Of a stretch of DNA of 12,709 nucleotides, positions 1 through 7,745 are shown piece by piece. Numbering within the stretch: the stretch's first letter is position 1; each line of letters begins with the position of its first letter. Position numbers and translations under genes: made by a program. The notes under the pieces are model-generated. The model searched no databases. It saw nothing but the letters and a program-made list of their open reading frames with translations, and was not told the DNA's origin. The DNA comes from an uncultured archaeon (lineage in GTDB: Archaea > Asgardarchaeota > Lokiarchaeia > Sigyniarchaeales > SOKP01), in contig CAZBPC010000094.1 in assembly GCA_964493715.1 (NCBI GenBank), forward strand, positions 1-12,709, read 5' to 3'.

Positions 1-1555
1 TGTTTAATTTCGCACTATGATATATAGCAATTATTTTTTCATCAGTTTTGTCTATTTTTTCAATCTTGATATTCATTAGATCTTTTAGCCGAATTATTTG
101 ATTAATCTCGAGTTTATCTCTATCAGATTTTGAAACAAATACACTCAGGATATTGTTTTCAGCATTTAATTTGATTATTCTCTTTCCTTTTTCTGGTTTT
201 GAAGGCAATATAAAAGGTTCAGCTATATAATGCTCTTTTGGAACTTCCTTTATTTCTATCTGTATTGGATCTTCAACATAAAAATATCGATCGGATAGTT
301 CATCAATGATGTTTTTATTATTTGCATATAACCAATTAACAGAAAAAGAGATTCCCGTTAATGACATTCCCAAATCTAATAAGGAGATTCTTAAAGCTTC
401 GGGCTTGATACCACGCTTTTTTAATGATTGTAGACTCCACGTTCTTGGATCATTCCAACTTTGAAATGTCCCGTCTTTTATTTTATTTCTGGACTCTGTT
501 TTGCTTAATTTCATATCAGAAAATTTTAATCTTCCATAATGTAAGAATTCTGCTTTTGGCCATTTGAAATGCTCCCAAATAAAAGTTTCAATAAAATCTT
601 CTTTGACTAAATCCAACCCTCTTAGAATGTGAGTAGCTCCTATTAAATGATCATCAATAGCCCATGAAAATTCTAACATTGGCCATACCCTATATTTCGT
701 TCCCACTCTTGGATGTTCTGCCTCAGAAATTCTCATTATTATTTGATCACGCAATGCAGGATCTTTTTGATCCATTCCCGTTTTTAATCTTACTGTAGCC
801 GTAGTTTCAGGATATTTCCCTTGTAGCATGTTATTCCATTCTAGTAGATTAGTTTCAATTTTATTATTTCTGTGAGGACAATCTTTTTGTGTCAGTTTAT
901 ATTTATCTTTGAATTCTTTTGCTTCACAAAAACAAACATAAGCGATCCCATCTTCAATGAGTTTTTTACAATACTCATAGAAAATTTCTAGCCTATCACT
1001 CTTATAATAAACCTTTGAGTAGTTAACACTTAACCATTTTAATCCCTCTTTAATCAGATCATAAGATTCGGGTAGGACGTACTTAGCTTTTGGACTGGAT
1101 CTCTGAGACTTTGAGCTTCCAATTGTATCATCAAAAAATAATATCAATTCTCCCTTATAGCGTTTTACGTATTCATCATTTAAAATTACCATTCTAGCAT
1201 TTCCGATATGTAAAGCTCCACTGGGATATGGTGCTAATCTCATTACGACTTTTTCATATTTTTTTATATTAGGTAATTCGGGTAAGATTTTCTCTTCTCT
1301 CGAAGATTCTTTCTTATTTAGTGCGTCCGGATCAAGTTCTAATAACTTTTTTCTTTGTTCATCAATATTTAATTGTTCTATTGCTTCTATAACTTCCTCT
1401 AATAATGGAGTTATGAATGATGCTTGTGATCTCAGATCTTTTTGATCTTGCATTATTTTACCCATTATTGCTTTTTTATTTGGTGTTCCTCCAAATTTTA
1501 CAGCATTATTTAGAGTAAATTTCCAAATGAGTTGTTTTAGTTTATCTTCATCCAT
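1..1555 (-). CDS. gltX: Glutamyl-tRNA synthetase, archaeal type (3' end runs off the window)
   Basis: Manual translation from ATG at 1555 (MDEDKLKQLIWKFTLNNAVKFGG...) stays open for ~518 codons to the window edge. It contains RLAPYPSGALHIGN (HIGH motif), FDDT, CFC...CPH zinc-type motif, IDDHLIGATHILRG, MKLSKT (KMSKS equivalent) and WNDPR...RGIKPEAL. Not in the ORF track because the stop lies outside the window. Confidence 0.96.
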   Translation of the reverse strand, partial: MDEDKLKQLIWKFTLNNAVKFGGTPNKKAIMGKIMQDQKDLRSQASFITPLLEEVIEAIEQLNIDEQRKKLLELDPDALNKKESSREEKILPELPNIKKYEKVVMRLAPYPSGALHIGNARMVILNDEYVKRYKGELILFFDDTIGSSKSQRSSPKAKYVLPESYDLIKEGLKWLSVNYSKVYYKSDRLEIFYEYCKKLIEDGIAYVCFCEAKEFKDKYKLTQKDCPHRNNKIETNLLEWNNMLQGKYPETTATVRLKTGMDQKDPALRDQIIMRISEAEHPRVGTKYRVWPMLEFSWAIDDHLIGATHILRGLDLVKEDFIETFIWEHFKWPKAEFLHYGRLKFSDMKLSKTESRNKIKDGTFQSWNDPRTWSLQSLKKRGIKPEALRISLLDLGMSLTGISFSVNWLYANNKNIIDELSDRYFYVEDPIQIEIKEVPKEHYIAEPFILPSKPEKGKRIIKLNAENNILSVFVSKSDRDKLEINQIIRLKDLMNIKIEKIDKTDEKIIAIYHSAKLN

Positions 1556-1648
1556 GACGTAAAACCACTGTTTGAATTTAATAAGTAAATTTATTAATTA
1601 AATTCTCTAATTTCCCATATTAGTAATATCTTTCTAATGCAATTCATT

Positions 1649-1945
1649 ATGACTCCTAATTATTATCGTGGTTATATATTAATAAGATTAAAAGTAATTG
1701 GAACTGAATGGGAAGTCGTAAAAAGATTAACGAATTTATCCTCTTCAGAACCAGATGATGATTGGAAGGTTGGTTACGTGACCCCTGTATATGGGGGATG
1801 GGATTTAGTAGTCGAGTGTAAATTTCGAAAGTTACTTGAATTAGATAAAATTGTTGGATACCTTAGTACTGAAGAAGAATTAAGTTCTTGGATTGAAGAA
1901 ACAACGACTTTAGTATCGAATAAACCAGATGATGTATCTCAATAA
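1649..1945 (+). CDS. Stand-alone Lrp/AsnC ligand-binding (RAM) domain protein without HTH
   Basis: ~98 aa with YILIRL...G.E..V...L and VTPVYGGWDLVV (cf. VxGxYDxxx of RAM domains) and C-terminal TTTLV. Start is ATG 1649 or 1637. Confidence 0.65.
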   Translation: MTPNYYRGYILIRLKVIGTEWEVVKRLTNLSSSEPDDDWKVGYVTPVYGGWDLVVECKFRKLLELDKIVGYLSTEEELSSWIEETTTLVSNKPDDVSQ

Positions 1946-1989
1946 AGATTAGTACATATCTTTTTAAAAAGTAATTAAATCTGAAAGTC

Positions 1990-2658
1990 CTATTGAATTT
2001 TAATATTTAATAGGTTGCAAATTTCTTTAACGCTGATAAAGGATAGATCTTGAATTATCATATCAGCAGTGCGGAGTTCAACGATATCATGAGTTGTAGT
2101 TAAAGCAATACATTTCATATTTGCTCGTTTTGCTGCTTCTATGCCTACAGGTGCATCTTCAATTACTAAACAATTTTGTGGTTTTAAATTAATCTTTTGA
2201 GCAGCTATTAGGAACACGTCTGGAGAAGGTTTTCCCCTTTGAACATCTGCAGCAGTTATTATGGCGTCAAAAAAGGATTCAATTTTAAGAGAAGTTAGAA
2301 GTAATTCTACGTTTTCTGGAGGACCACTTGATCCTACTGCTATTTTGAAATTTTTTGATTTTAGCTCCTCTAATAATTCTATAACTCCAGGGAGAGGTAC
2401 GATATTATCTTTAACCATTTCTCTGTAATATTGTTCCTTTAATTGAGCCCATTTTTCAACAAGATTCTGATCCACTTTTCTACCGACTAATTTTCGTGCT
2501 ATAGGTACGCTTTGTTGTCCAAAAGTAGCTTCAAAAAAGCTTTTTTTGAAGGTCATTCCGATTTCATTTGCCATCTTTACCCAACTTTCATAATGGATTA
2601 GCGCCGTATCTGCTAATACTCCATCCATATCAAAGATTACGCCATAGTTGTTAGACAT
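1990..2658 (-). CDS. HAD-superfamily phosphatase, beta-phosphoglucomutase/CbbY-like
   Basis: Motif I IFDMDGVLADT, motif II VGSSG, motif III GKPSPD, motif IV IEDAPVGIEAA. ATG at 2658 preferred over the track's TTG at 2679. Confidence 0.9.
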   Translation of the reverse strand: MSNNYGVIFDMDGVLADTALIHYESWVKMANEIGMTFKKSFFEATFGQQSVPIARKLVGRKVDQNLVEKWAQLKEQYYREMVKDNIVPLPGVIELLEELKSKNFKIAVGSSGPPENVELLLTSLKIESFFDAIITAADVQRGKPSPDVFLIAAQKINLKPQNCLVIEDAPVGIEAAKRANMKCIALTTTHDIVELRTADMIIQDLSFISVKEICNLLNIKIQ

Positions 2659-2706
2659 AGCTTTGAGGTTAAAAGACAATTAGATAATTATTATAGAGAT
2701 GTTTAA

Positions 2707-2714
2707 TTTTTAAG
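2707..2714 (+). promoter_or_regulatory. Candidate TATA box of the tRNA gene
   Basis: TTTTTAAG centred ~25 nt upstream of the mature tRNA 5' end; AT-rich background limits certainty. Confidence 0.4.
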
Positions 2715-2752
2715 GATTATAAAAACTTCATAAAGGACCTGGTAGTCTAGCT

Positions 2753-2781
2753 AATTCTTAGAATTTTCTCTGGATCTAGAA
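2753..2781 (+). other. tRNA intron 1 (29 nt, D-loop, about position 17/17a)
   Basis: BHB geometry: 4-bp helix CTAG(2747-2750)/CTAG(2776-2779), 3-nt bulges CT|A and AA|T, intron stem ATTC/GGAT. The spliced D-loop reads AGCTTGGATA. Exact junction could shift by 1 nt. Confidence 0.8.
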
Positions 2782-2824
2782 TGGATAGGGCGCTGGCTTG
2801 CGGAGCCAGATATCGAGGGTTCAA

Positions 2825-2854
2825 ACCTTATTTCGTTTGGTAATGAGGGAACAA
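2825..2854 (+). other. tRNA intron 2 (30 nt, T-loop, position 58/59)
   Basis: BHB geometry: helix GTTC(2819-2822)/GAAC(2849-2852), bulges AA|A and AA|T, 7-bp intron stem CCTTATT(2826-2832)/AATGAGG(2842-2848). The spliced T-loop reads TTCAATT. Confidence 0.88.
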
Positions 2855-2869
2855 TTCCCCCCCAGGTCA

Positions 2870-2874
2870 TTTTT
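2870..2874 (+). terminator. Oligo-T tract directly after the tRNA, candidate archaeal terminator
   Basis: TTTTT immediately follows discriminator A2869. Confidence 0.4.
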
Positions 2875-2882
2875 CCATAATT

Positions 2883-3632
2883 TCATTCTATCAAACCAAT
2901 GATTTCTGAGATGTCATTTATTTTTATATACTCTGGTCCAATTATGTCTTTTTCATAAGGAAATTCATATAATCTTTTACAGAGGATTGTCTGAAGTCCT
3001 GCTCGATAACCTCCCATTATATCAGCATACTCATCTCCACAAATCATACAAGAATCAGGGACTTCTAAACCCATTTTTTTTAATGTGTAGTGAAAGATTT
3101 CAGGATCTGGTTTTCTCTTTCCAAATTCAGCAGAAGTAACCACCACATAAAAAAATTTTCTTAAATCATATTTTACTAACAATTTTTCTATAGTTTTATG
3201 GTGAGGATGGTTAGAAAGTACTGCTAATTTAATTTCTTTATTTTCCTTTAATTTCTCAAGCGTCTCAGCAGTTTTTTCAAGCGGGTACCATTCTTCTTCT
3301 TCACAGGAATGATAAATATCTGCGAGTTCTTCATACAATTTTGGATTAAGATCTTTTGCATTAAGCATTTCGAGAGTTTCTTTAAAAATTTCTGCAGTTC
3401 GATGTTCTGTTTTTGACTTCATACTCTCTTTAAAGTATCTTGCTCGCTTTCTATTAAATATATTAATAAAAAATGCTCCATCCTGTTCATTTTTAATGAT
3501 ATTAGATATTTTCAATTTATTTACAGATTTCACCAATCCGGCTTTATAGCAATTAAGATATTTTTCAACAGATGCATCTTTGAATTCAAATAATGTGAAC
3601 CCAAAATCAAAGATTAGCCCTTTAATTTTCAA
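2883..3632 (-). CDS. HAD-superfamily hydrolase, subfamily IA
   Basis: IFDFGFTL (motif I variant), VLSN, KRKPDPEIF, CGDEYADIMGG. TTG start. Confidence 0.88.
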   Translation of the reverse strand: MKIKGLIFDFGFTLFEFKDASVEKYLNCYKAGLVKSVNKLKISNIIKNEQDGAFFINIFNRKRARYFKESMKSKTEHRTAEIFKETLEMLNAKDLNPKLYEELADIYHSCEEEEWYPLEKTAETLEKLKENKEIKLAVLSNHPHHKTIEKLLVKYDLRKFFYVVVTSAEFGKRKPDPEIFHYTLKKMGLEVPDSCMICGDEYADIMGGYRAGLQTILCKRLYEFPYEKDIIGPEYIKINDISEIIGLIE

Positions 3633-3673
3633 ATTTTAATTTAACTTAGAGAGACAATGATTAATTATAATAG

Positions 3674-3730
3674 AATTATAGTTATATTTGAATACTTCAA
3701 ATTTTAATTTATCTCAGAATAACTATAATT
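3674..3730. repeat. Nested inverted repeats in a divergent intergenic region
   Basis: AATTATAGTTAT (3674-3685)/ATAACTATAATT (3719-3730) is a perfect 12-bp IR enclosing ATTTGAA-tac-TTCAAAT (3686-3702). Confidence 0.6.
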
Positions 3731-3786
3731 ATTAATGAAGTAACAAGAATAGAATATTTATCGCGAATCCTATATATAATAGAATC

Positions 3787-4305
3787 ATGGCCCTTAATAA
3801 ATGGCTCTCAGATCCAGAAATAGAAGAGAGAAGAAAAAAGAAGGAAGAGATGTACAATTCGTTACCAGACCAAGAAATTCAAGAATTAAAAAAAGAATCG
3901 ATACGGAAAATTGTAAGGGATGAGAAGGAAGAAGGGTCAACTGAAGATATTTCGGATAATATCTTAAATGATATCATTGAATTTAAGAACTGGGTTGATT
4001 CACGAACATATTTAAAAGGGGATTTAGAAAAGATTGAGATTTGGATTAAAATTTTATATAAAAAAATGGTTTCAACCAATAAATTATTAAATAAAGATAA
4101 TTTTGATCGGGATCTCGGTGAGGATTTCAGAAAGATACCAGTCGATTTTTTAGATGAACAAACTAGATTTGCTGTAATAAAGAAGTTACGAAATACAAAA
4201 AGAACAAATTCTGATAATTACTTCTTGCGAAAGTTAAAAATGATTGTAGAAATGAAGCTAATTGAGGCAAAATATTACAAGATTTTGAAGAATATATTAG
4301 ATTAA
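3787..4305 (+). CDS. Hypothetical protein, highly charged and probably helical
   Basis: 172-aa ATG ORF filling the space between neighbours, preceded by TATTTAT at 3755-3761; no recognisable motif. Confidence 0.75.
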   Translation: MALNKWLSDPEIEERRKKKEEMYNSLPDQEIQELKKESIRKIVRDEKEEGSTEDISDNILNDIIEFKNWVDSRTYLKGDLEKIEIWIKILYKKMVSTNKLLNKDNFDRDLGEDFRKIPVDFLDEQTRFAVIKKLRNTKRTNSDNYFLRKLKMIVEMKLIEAKYYKILKNILD

Positions 4306-4395
4306 CTAAAGTAATCAATTACCAAAACATTTTTTATTATATTTGTATTAATGTAAAGTACCATTGGTAAAACCATTTATAAATTTACGTTAATC

Positions 4396-5478
4396 ATGCG
4401 TATTATATGTCCTTTAGCAGGAGTAGGAAAAGGGTTACAACCGTTTACATACTCCAAACCAAAAGCTTTTTTAAAAGTGGCAGGTAAACGATTAATTGAT
4501 TTTAATCTAATAAAACTTATGAAGAGTTTCCCAAAAGGGACTAAAATTTGTTTTATTGTAGGATATAAAAAAAGGCAAATTAAAGAATACCTAAATCAGA
4601 AGTATTCAGAATATTTTGAGATAGATTTCATTGAACAAAAGCCTTTAGGTTATACCGCCGAAGAACCCTTTTTTCCGGGTCTTGGAGATGCTATTTTGTA
4701 CGCTAAAGAATTCGCTTTTAATGATGATGCTTTTATTTTTTTAAGTGATAGAGTACCATTGGAAGATTATTCTTCAATATTAATAAACTTCCATCAATGT
4801 GATTGTGATGGAATAGTGAATGTGAAAAAGGTAGAGGAACCACAGCATTATGGTGTTGTTAAACTCGACAATGATGGTTTTTTAACTCAAATTGTTGAAA
4901 AACCAGCAATTCCTGAATCAAATGTTGCAGTATCAGGAGTTTACATCATTGCTAAATCGATAATTAATCGATTATTCGAGCTCTTAGATAATCAAAGAAA
5001 GAAGACTCTTAAGAATGGAGAAGTGTATCAATTTACACCAATCCTTGACAAAATGATCCAAGAAGGAGCGAGAATTAAATCAAATGAAATGATAGAAGAA
5101 GTTTTGGATTTTGGGAGACCTGATAGTCTCTTAAAAGGAAATCGATTTCTTTTATCAGAGATAAAGAATCAAGATCCAATATATGAAGATCTAACTAGGA
5201 ATGGCATGATTATTGATACCAAAATCATCCCTCCGGTATATATTGGAAAAAATGTAAAAATAATTGATTCTGTAATTGGACCAAATGTATCAATGGGGGA
5301 CGATCTCAACCTTGAAAAATGCATCCTTTCAGAATCTGTACTAGGAGATGGAGTTCGATTAAAAAGGATAATATCTTCAGAAAGCATAATAGGAGACTAT
5401 TCCATACTAGAAGATCTAATCAAAAATGGAATAACCATAGGAGATGCTTCATTCATTACAACAAGTAATACTAAATAA
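4396..5478 (+). CDS. Sugar-phosphate nucleotidyltransferase family protein (NTP_transferase + C-terminal left-handed beta-helix; glucose-1-P thymidylyltransferase long-form-like)
   Basis: PLAGVGKGLQPFTYSKPKAFLKVAGK, GLGDAI, PQHYGVV, IVEKP, DFGRPDSLL and hexapeptide repeats (PPVYIGKNVKIIDSVIGPNVSMG). Confidence 0.88.
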   Translation: MRIICPLAGVGKGLQPFTYSKPKAFLKVAGKRLIDFNLIKLMKSFPKGTKICFIVGYKKRQIKEYLNQKYSEYFEIDFIEQKPLGYTAEEPFFPGLGDAILYAKEFAFNDDAFIFLSDRVPLEDYSSILINFHQCDCDGIVNVKKVEEPQHYGVVKLDNDGFLTQIVEKPAIPESNVAVSGVYIIAKSIINRLFELLDNQRKKTLKNGEVYQFTPILDKMIQEGARIKSNEMIEEVLDFGRPDSLLKGNRFLLSEIKNQDPIYEDLTRNGMIIDTKIIPPVYIGKNVKIIDSVIGPNVSMGDDLNLEKCILSESVLGDGVRLKRIISSESIIGDYSILEDLIKNGITIGDASFITTSNTK

Positions 5479-5493
5479 AAAATGGTGAATATT

Positions 5494-6921
5494 TTATATG
5501 TTTGGCTTTTTATCTTGCCAAGAAGCGAGTTCTTCAAAAGCTTTTGACACCTGAAGGACTGTTTTTTCATCATAACGCTTACCAACAATTTGCATTCCAA
5601 TTGGTAAACCAGATCTTGTCCAACCACATGGAATTGACGCAGCTGGTAACCCAGTCATATTAAAAGGATATGTATATGTGATCCAATCCATAGTACTTAA
5701 TGTCTTTTTACCGATTGTAGGAAATGTCGTTCCAGAATCTAACCAACCGGGTTTAAAGGCAGGGCAAGGAGTCGTTGGTGTAATCAGTATATCATAATCC
5801 TTAAAATATTGATACATGACTTCATAGACTTGTTTCCTTTGTTCTCTAGCTTTCCCAATATTAATCGAATTAGTATCTAATCCTAATCTTACTATAGAAT
5901 TTAAATCAGTACTTAAAATTTCAGGGTTTTCATTATAAGCTTTTTGTAAGTCATAAGCATAACCTACGCTAACTAAAGTTTTAAATGCTAGACCGGGGTT
6001 TTTTATTTTTAATTGAGTTTCTTCTACATCCCAATCATATTTTTCAAATTTGTGAATACCATTTAGAACATTTTCTTTAACTTCATCTTCAAGAACTTTC
6101 GCAAAACCTAAAGTCATTGAATAACCAATCTTTAATTTTTTAGGTTTATCCTCAAGTGCTTTGATGTAATCAATATGATCGTCGGGTATAGAATTATTAT
6201 CAGCGGGATGATATCCTTTCATTACATTTAACATTAGTGCTGCATCCTTGACATAACGAGTAATTGGGCCATAATGATCCATTGACCAAAATGCAATGGT
6301 ATCATGTGGGTATCTCGGTATGCGACCAAAGGTTGGCTTTAACCCAAATACTCCACAACAACTACTAGGAACTCTAATTGAACCTCCTCCATCAGAACCT
6401 AAAGCTAAAGGCCCCATACCTGCTGCTACTGAAGCAGCTGCTCCTCCACTTGATCCTCCAGAATTTGTCTCGATATTCCATGGACTTTTTGTTTCTCCAA
6501 AGATCTTATTATTTGTAAGAGCGACATGTCCAAATTCAGGTGTATTTGTTTTTCCTAAGATAACACAACCTGCATTTTTCAATCGTTTTACTGCAACTTC
6601 ATCTTCTTCAGGAACAAATTTCTCGTGCAACAATGAACCATAAGTAGTTCTAATCCCTTTTGTTAGCATTAAATCTTTAATTGACGTCGGAATACCTGTT
6701 AAAGAACCAAGATTTTGTCCATTTCTAATAGAGTCATCCGCTTTTTTAGCCATCTCTCTTGCCATATCAAAGGTAAGAGTGCAATAAGCATTGATTATTG
6801 GATTAATTTTTTCGATTCTTTCTATAAAAACCTCTAAAATCTCACTCGAGGTCTCTTCTCCATTCTTTATAGCTTCTGCCATATCCACAGCAGACATAAA
6901 ACAAATTTCTTCCTTATTCAT
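5494..6921 (-). CDS. Amidase-signature family amidase
   Basis: SIKD (catalytic Lys), GKTNTPEFG, GGSSGGAAA, GSDGGGSIRVPSS (Ser-cisSer-Lys triad), PFNMTGLPAASIP, GLPIGMQIVG. Confidence 0.93.
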   Translation of the reverse strand: MNKEEICFMSAVDMAEAIKNGEETSSEILEVFIERIEKINPIINAYCTLTFDMAREMAKKADDSIRNGQNLGSLTGIPTSIKDLMLTKGIRTTYGSLLHEKFVPEEDEVAVKRLKNAGCVILGKTNTPEFGHVALTNNKIFGETKSPWNIETNSGGSSGGAAASVAAGMGPLALGSDGGGSIRVPSSCCGVFGLKPTFGRIPRYPHDTIAFWSMDHYGPITRYVKDAALMLNVMKGYHPADNNSIPDDHIDYIKALEDKPKKLKIGYSMTLGFAKVLEDEVKENVLNGIHKFEKYDWDVEETQLKIKNPGLAFKTLVSVGYAYDLQKAYNENPEILSTDLNSIVRLGLDTNSINIGKAREQRKQVYEVMYQYFKDYDILITPTTPCPAFKPGWLDSGTTFPTIGKKTLSTMDWITYTYPFNMTGLPAASIPCGWTRSGLPIGMQIVGKRYDEKTVLQVSKAFEELASWQDKKPNI

Positions 6922-6971
6922 TAGTCAATCTCACAAAATTTGATTTATTATTGTATATGTATTTTATTGAA

Positions 6972-7065
6972 GTTAAACAACTATATATTGATTGTGTCTA
7001 ATTTATCAAATAAAATATGTTATCATTTACAAAATCTTAGATCTTTAAGTGAATAGAATATTTAT
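6972..7065 (+). repeat. Degenerate direct repeat, copy 1
   Basis: 6972-7044 aligns ungapped to 7584-7656 (hand count 59/73 identical) with identical 21-mer CATTTACAAAATCTTAGATCT at 7024-7044; similarity continues past a 1-nt indel to AATATTTAT. Confidence 0.85.
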
Positions 7066-7113
7066 GTCAATATAATATTATAAATCATAATAAAATCGCT
7101 GATGTGAGGAAGT

Positions 7114-7518
7114 TTGCCAAGCTCAATTGGAGATGATTGGGATTTATCTTTTTGCGGTTTAAATTGCGTAAAATGTGATATCTTTTTATCCTCTCACGGA
7201 GATGAGAAATTACAAGAGGAATTGGTGAAATGGTTTAAGGAAAATGTAGATTCCACTATAGAGCATGTTAACTGTGAAAAATGTAGAAGTCCCATTGGAG
7301 AATGTTGGAGTAGTGATTGTGAATTAAGATCTTGCGCCACGAAAAGGAATGTTAATTATTGCTTTGAATGTCCAGATTTCGTCTGTGATAAATTAGACAA
7401 ATTTGCAAATGATGGTTATGGACATCATAAACGGACAGTAGAAAATATGAGAGATATGAAAAAAAAGGGTTTAAAAAAATGGATTTCTTTTCACAAAGAA
7501 GCTCAGTTTTGTCCTTAA
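7114..7518 (+). CDS. DUF3795-like cysteine-rich (putative metal/Fe-S-binding) protein
   Basis: CGLNCVKC...CEKC...C....C...C......C..C....C pattern typical of DUF3795. TTG start with SD-like GTGAGG a few nt upstream. Confidence 0.82.
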   Translation: MPSSIGDDWDLSFCGLNCVKCDIFLSSHGDEKLQEELVKWFKENVDSTIEHVNCEKCRSPIGECWSSDCELRSCATKRNVNYCFECPDFVCDKLDKFANDGYGHHKRTVENMRDMKKKGLKKWISFHKEAQFCP

Positions 7519-7583
7519 ATAATTATTAAAACACAATTTTCAAAGAGTTTTAAACACTTAGACTGACTTTATAGAATAATTTT

Positions 7584-7676
7584 GTTGAACAACTATATTT
7601 TAATTGCTTTTAGTTATTTAAAGAAAATATGATGCCATTTACAAAATCTTAGATCTAAGGTAAATAAAATATTTAT
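7584..7676 (+). repeat. Degenerate direct repeat, copy 2
   Basis: Offset 612 bp from copy 1; 21-mer core at 7636-7656; contains perfect palindrome CTTAGATCTAAG (7648-7659). Confidence 0.85.
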
Positions 7677-7745
7677 TTATCAATTGATTATATCAGTTAA
7701 TATCGATCAGAATGTTGATTAAAAATAAGCTCCTATTGATGAACT

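Larger units (their letters stand above)
2736..2869 (+). tRNA. trnR: tRNA-Arg(GCG) containing two non-canonical introns (2753-2781 and 2825-2854); mature length 75 nt, CCA not encoded
   Basis: Acceptor stem GACCTGG (2736-2742)/CCAGGTC (2862-2868) with discriminator A. D-stem GTCT/GGGC. Anticodon arm CTGGC-TT-GCG-GA-GCCAG with GCG at 2800-2802. T-arm GAGGG-TTCAA|TT-CCCCC. Removing both inserts restores a standard cloverleaf. Confidence 0.93.

Noticed and set aside
2736-2869. tRNA as an integration site, or a split/permuted tRNA
   Set aside because: No duplicated tRNA fragment or integrase seen, and all three exons are collinear in normal order.
3879-4079. 66-aa minus-strand ORF
   Set aside because: Antisense shadow inside the longer + strand gene; no motifs.
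5169-5627. Minus-strand ORFs 5169-5387 and 5397-5627
   Set aside because: They overlap the well-supported nucleotidyltransferase and amidase genes and have no protein-like features.
6296-6643. 115-aa Pro/Ala-rich + strand ORF
   Set aside because: Antisense to the Gly/Ser-rich amidase signature, which explains its composition.
5494-6921. Calling the amidase gatA because gltX is nearby
   Set aside because: No gatB/gatC adjacent, the motifs (GSDGGGSIR, TPEFG) fit generic amidases, and archaea form Gln-tRNA with GatDE.
6972-7590. Integron cassette interpretation: both repeat copies start with GTTRRRY (GTTAAAC, GTTGAAC)
   Set aside because: No matching RYYYAAC or attC-like hairpin after the DUF3795 stop, conservation lies downstream of the GTT rather than upstream, and there is no integrase in the window.
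7024-7656. CRISPR interpretation of the 21-bp identical repeat
   Set aside because: Only two copies, 612 bp apart with a gene between them, and no cas genes.
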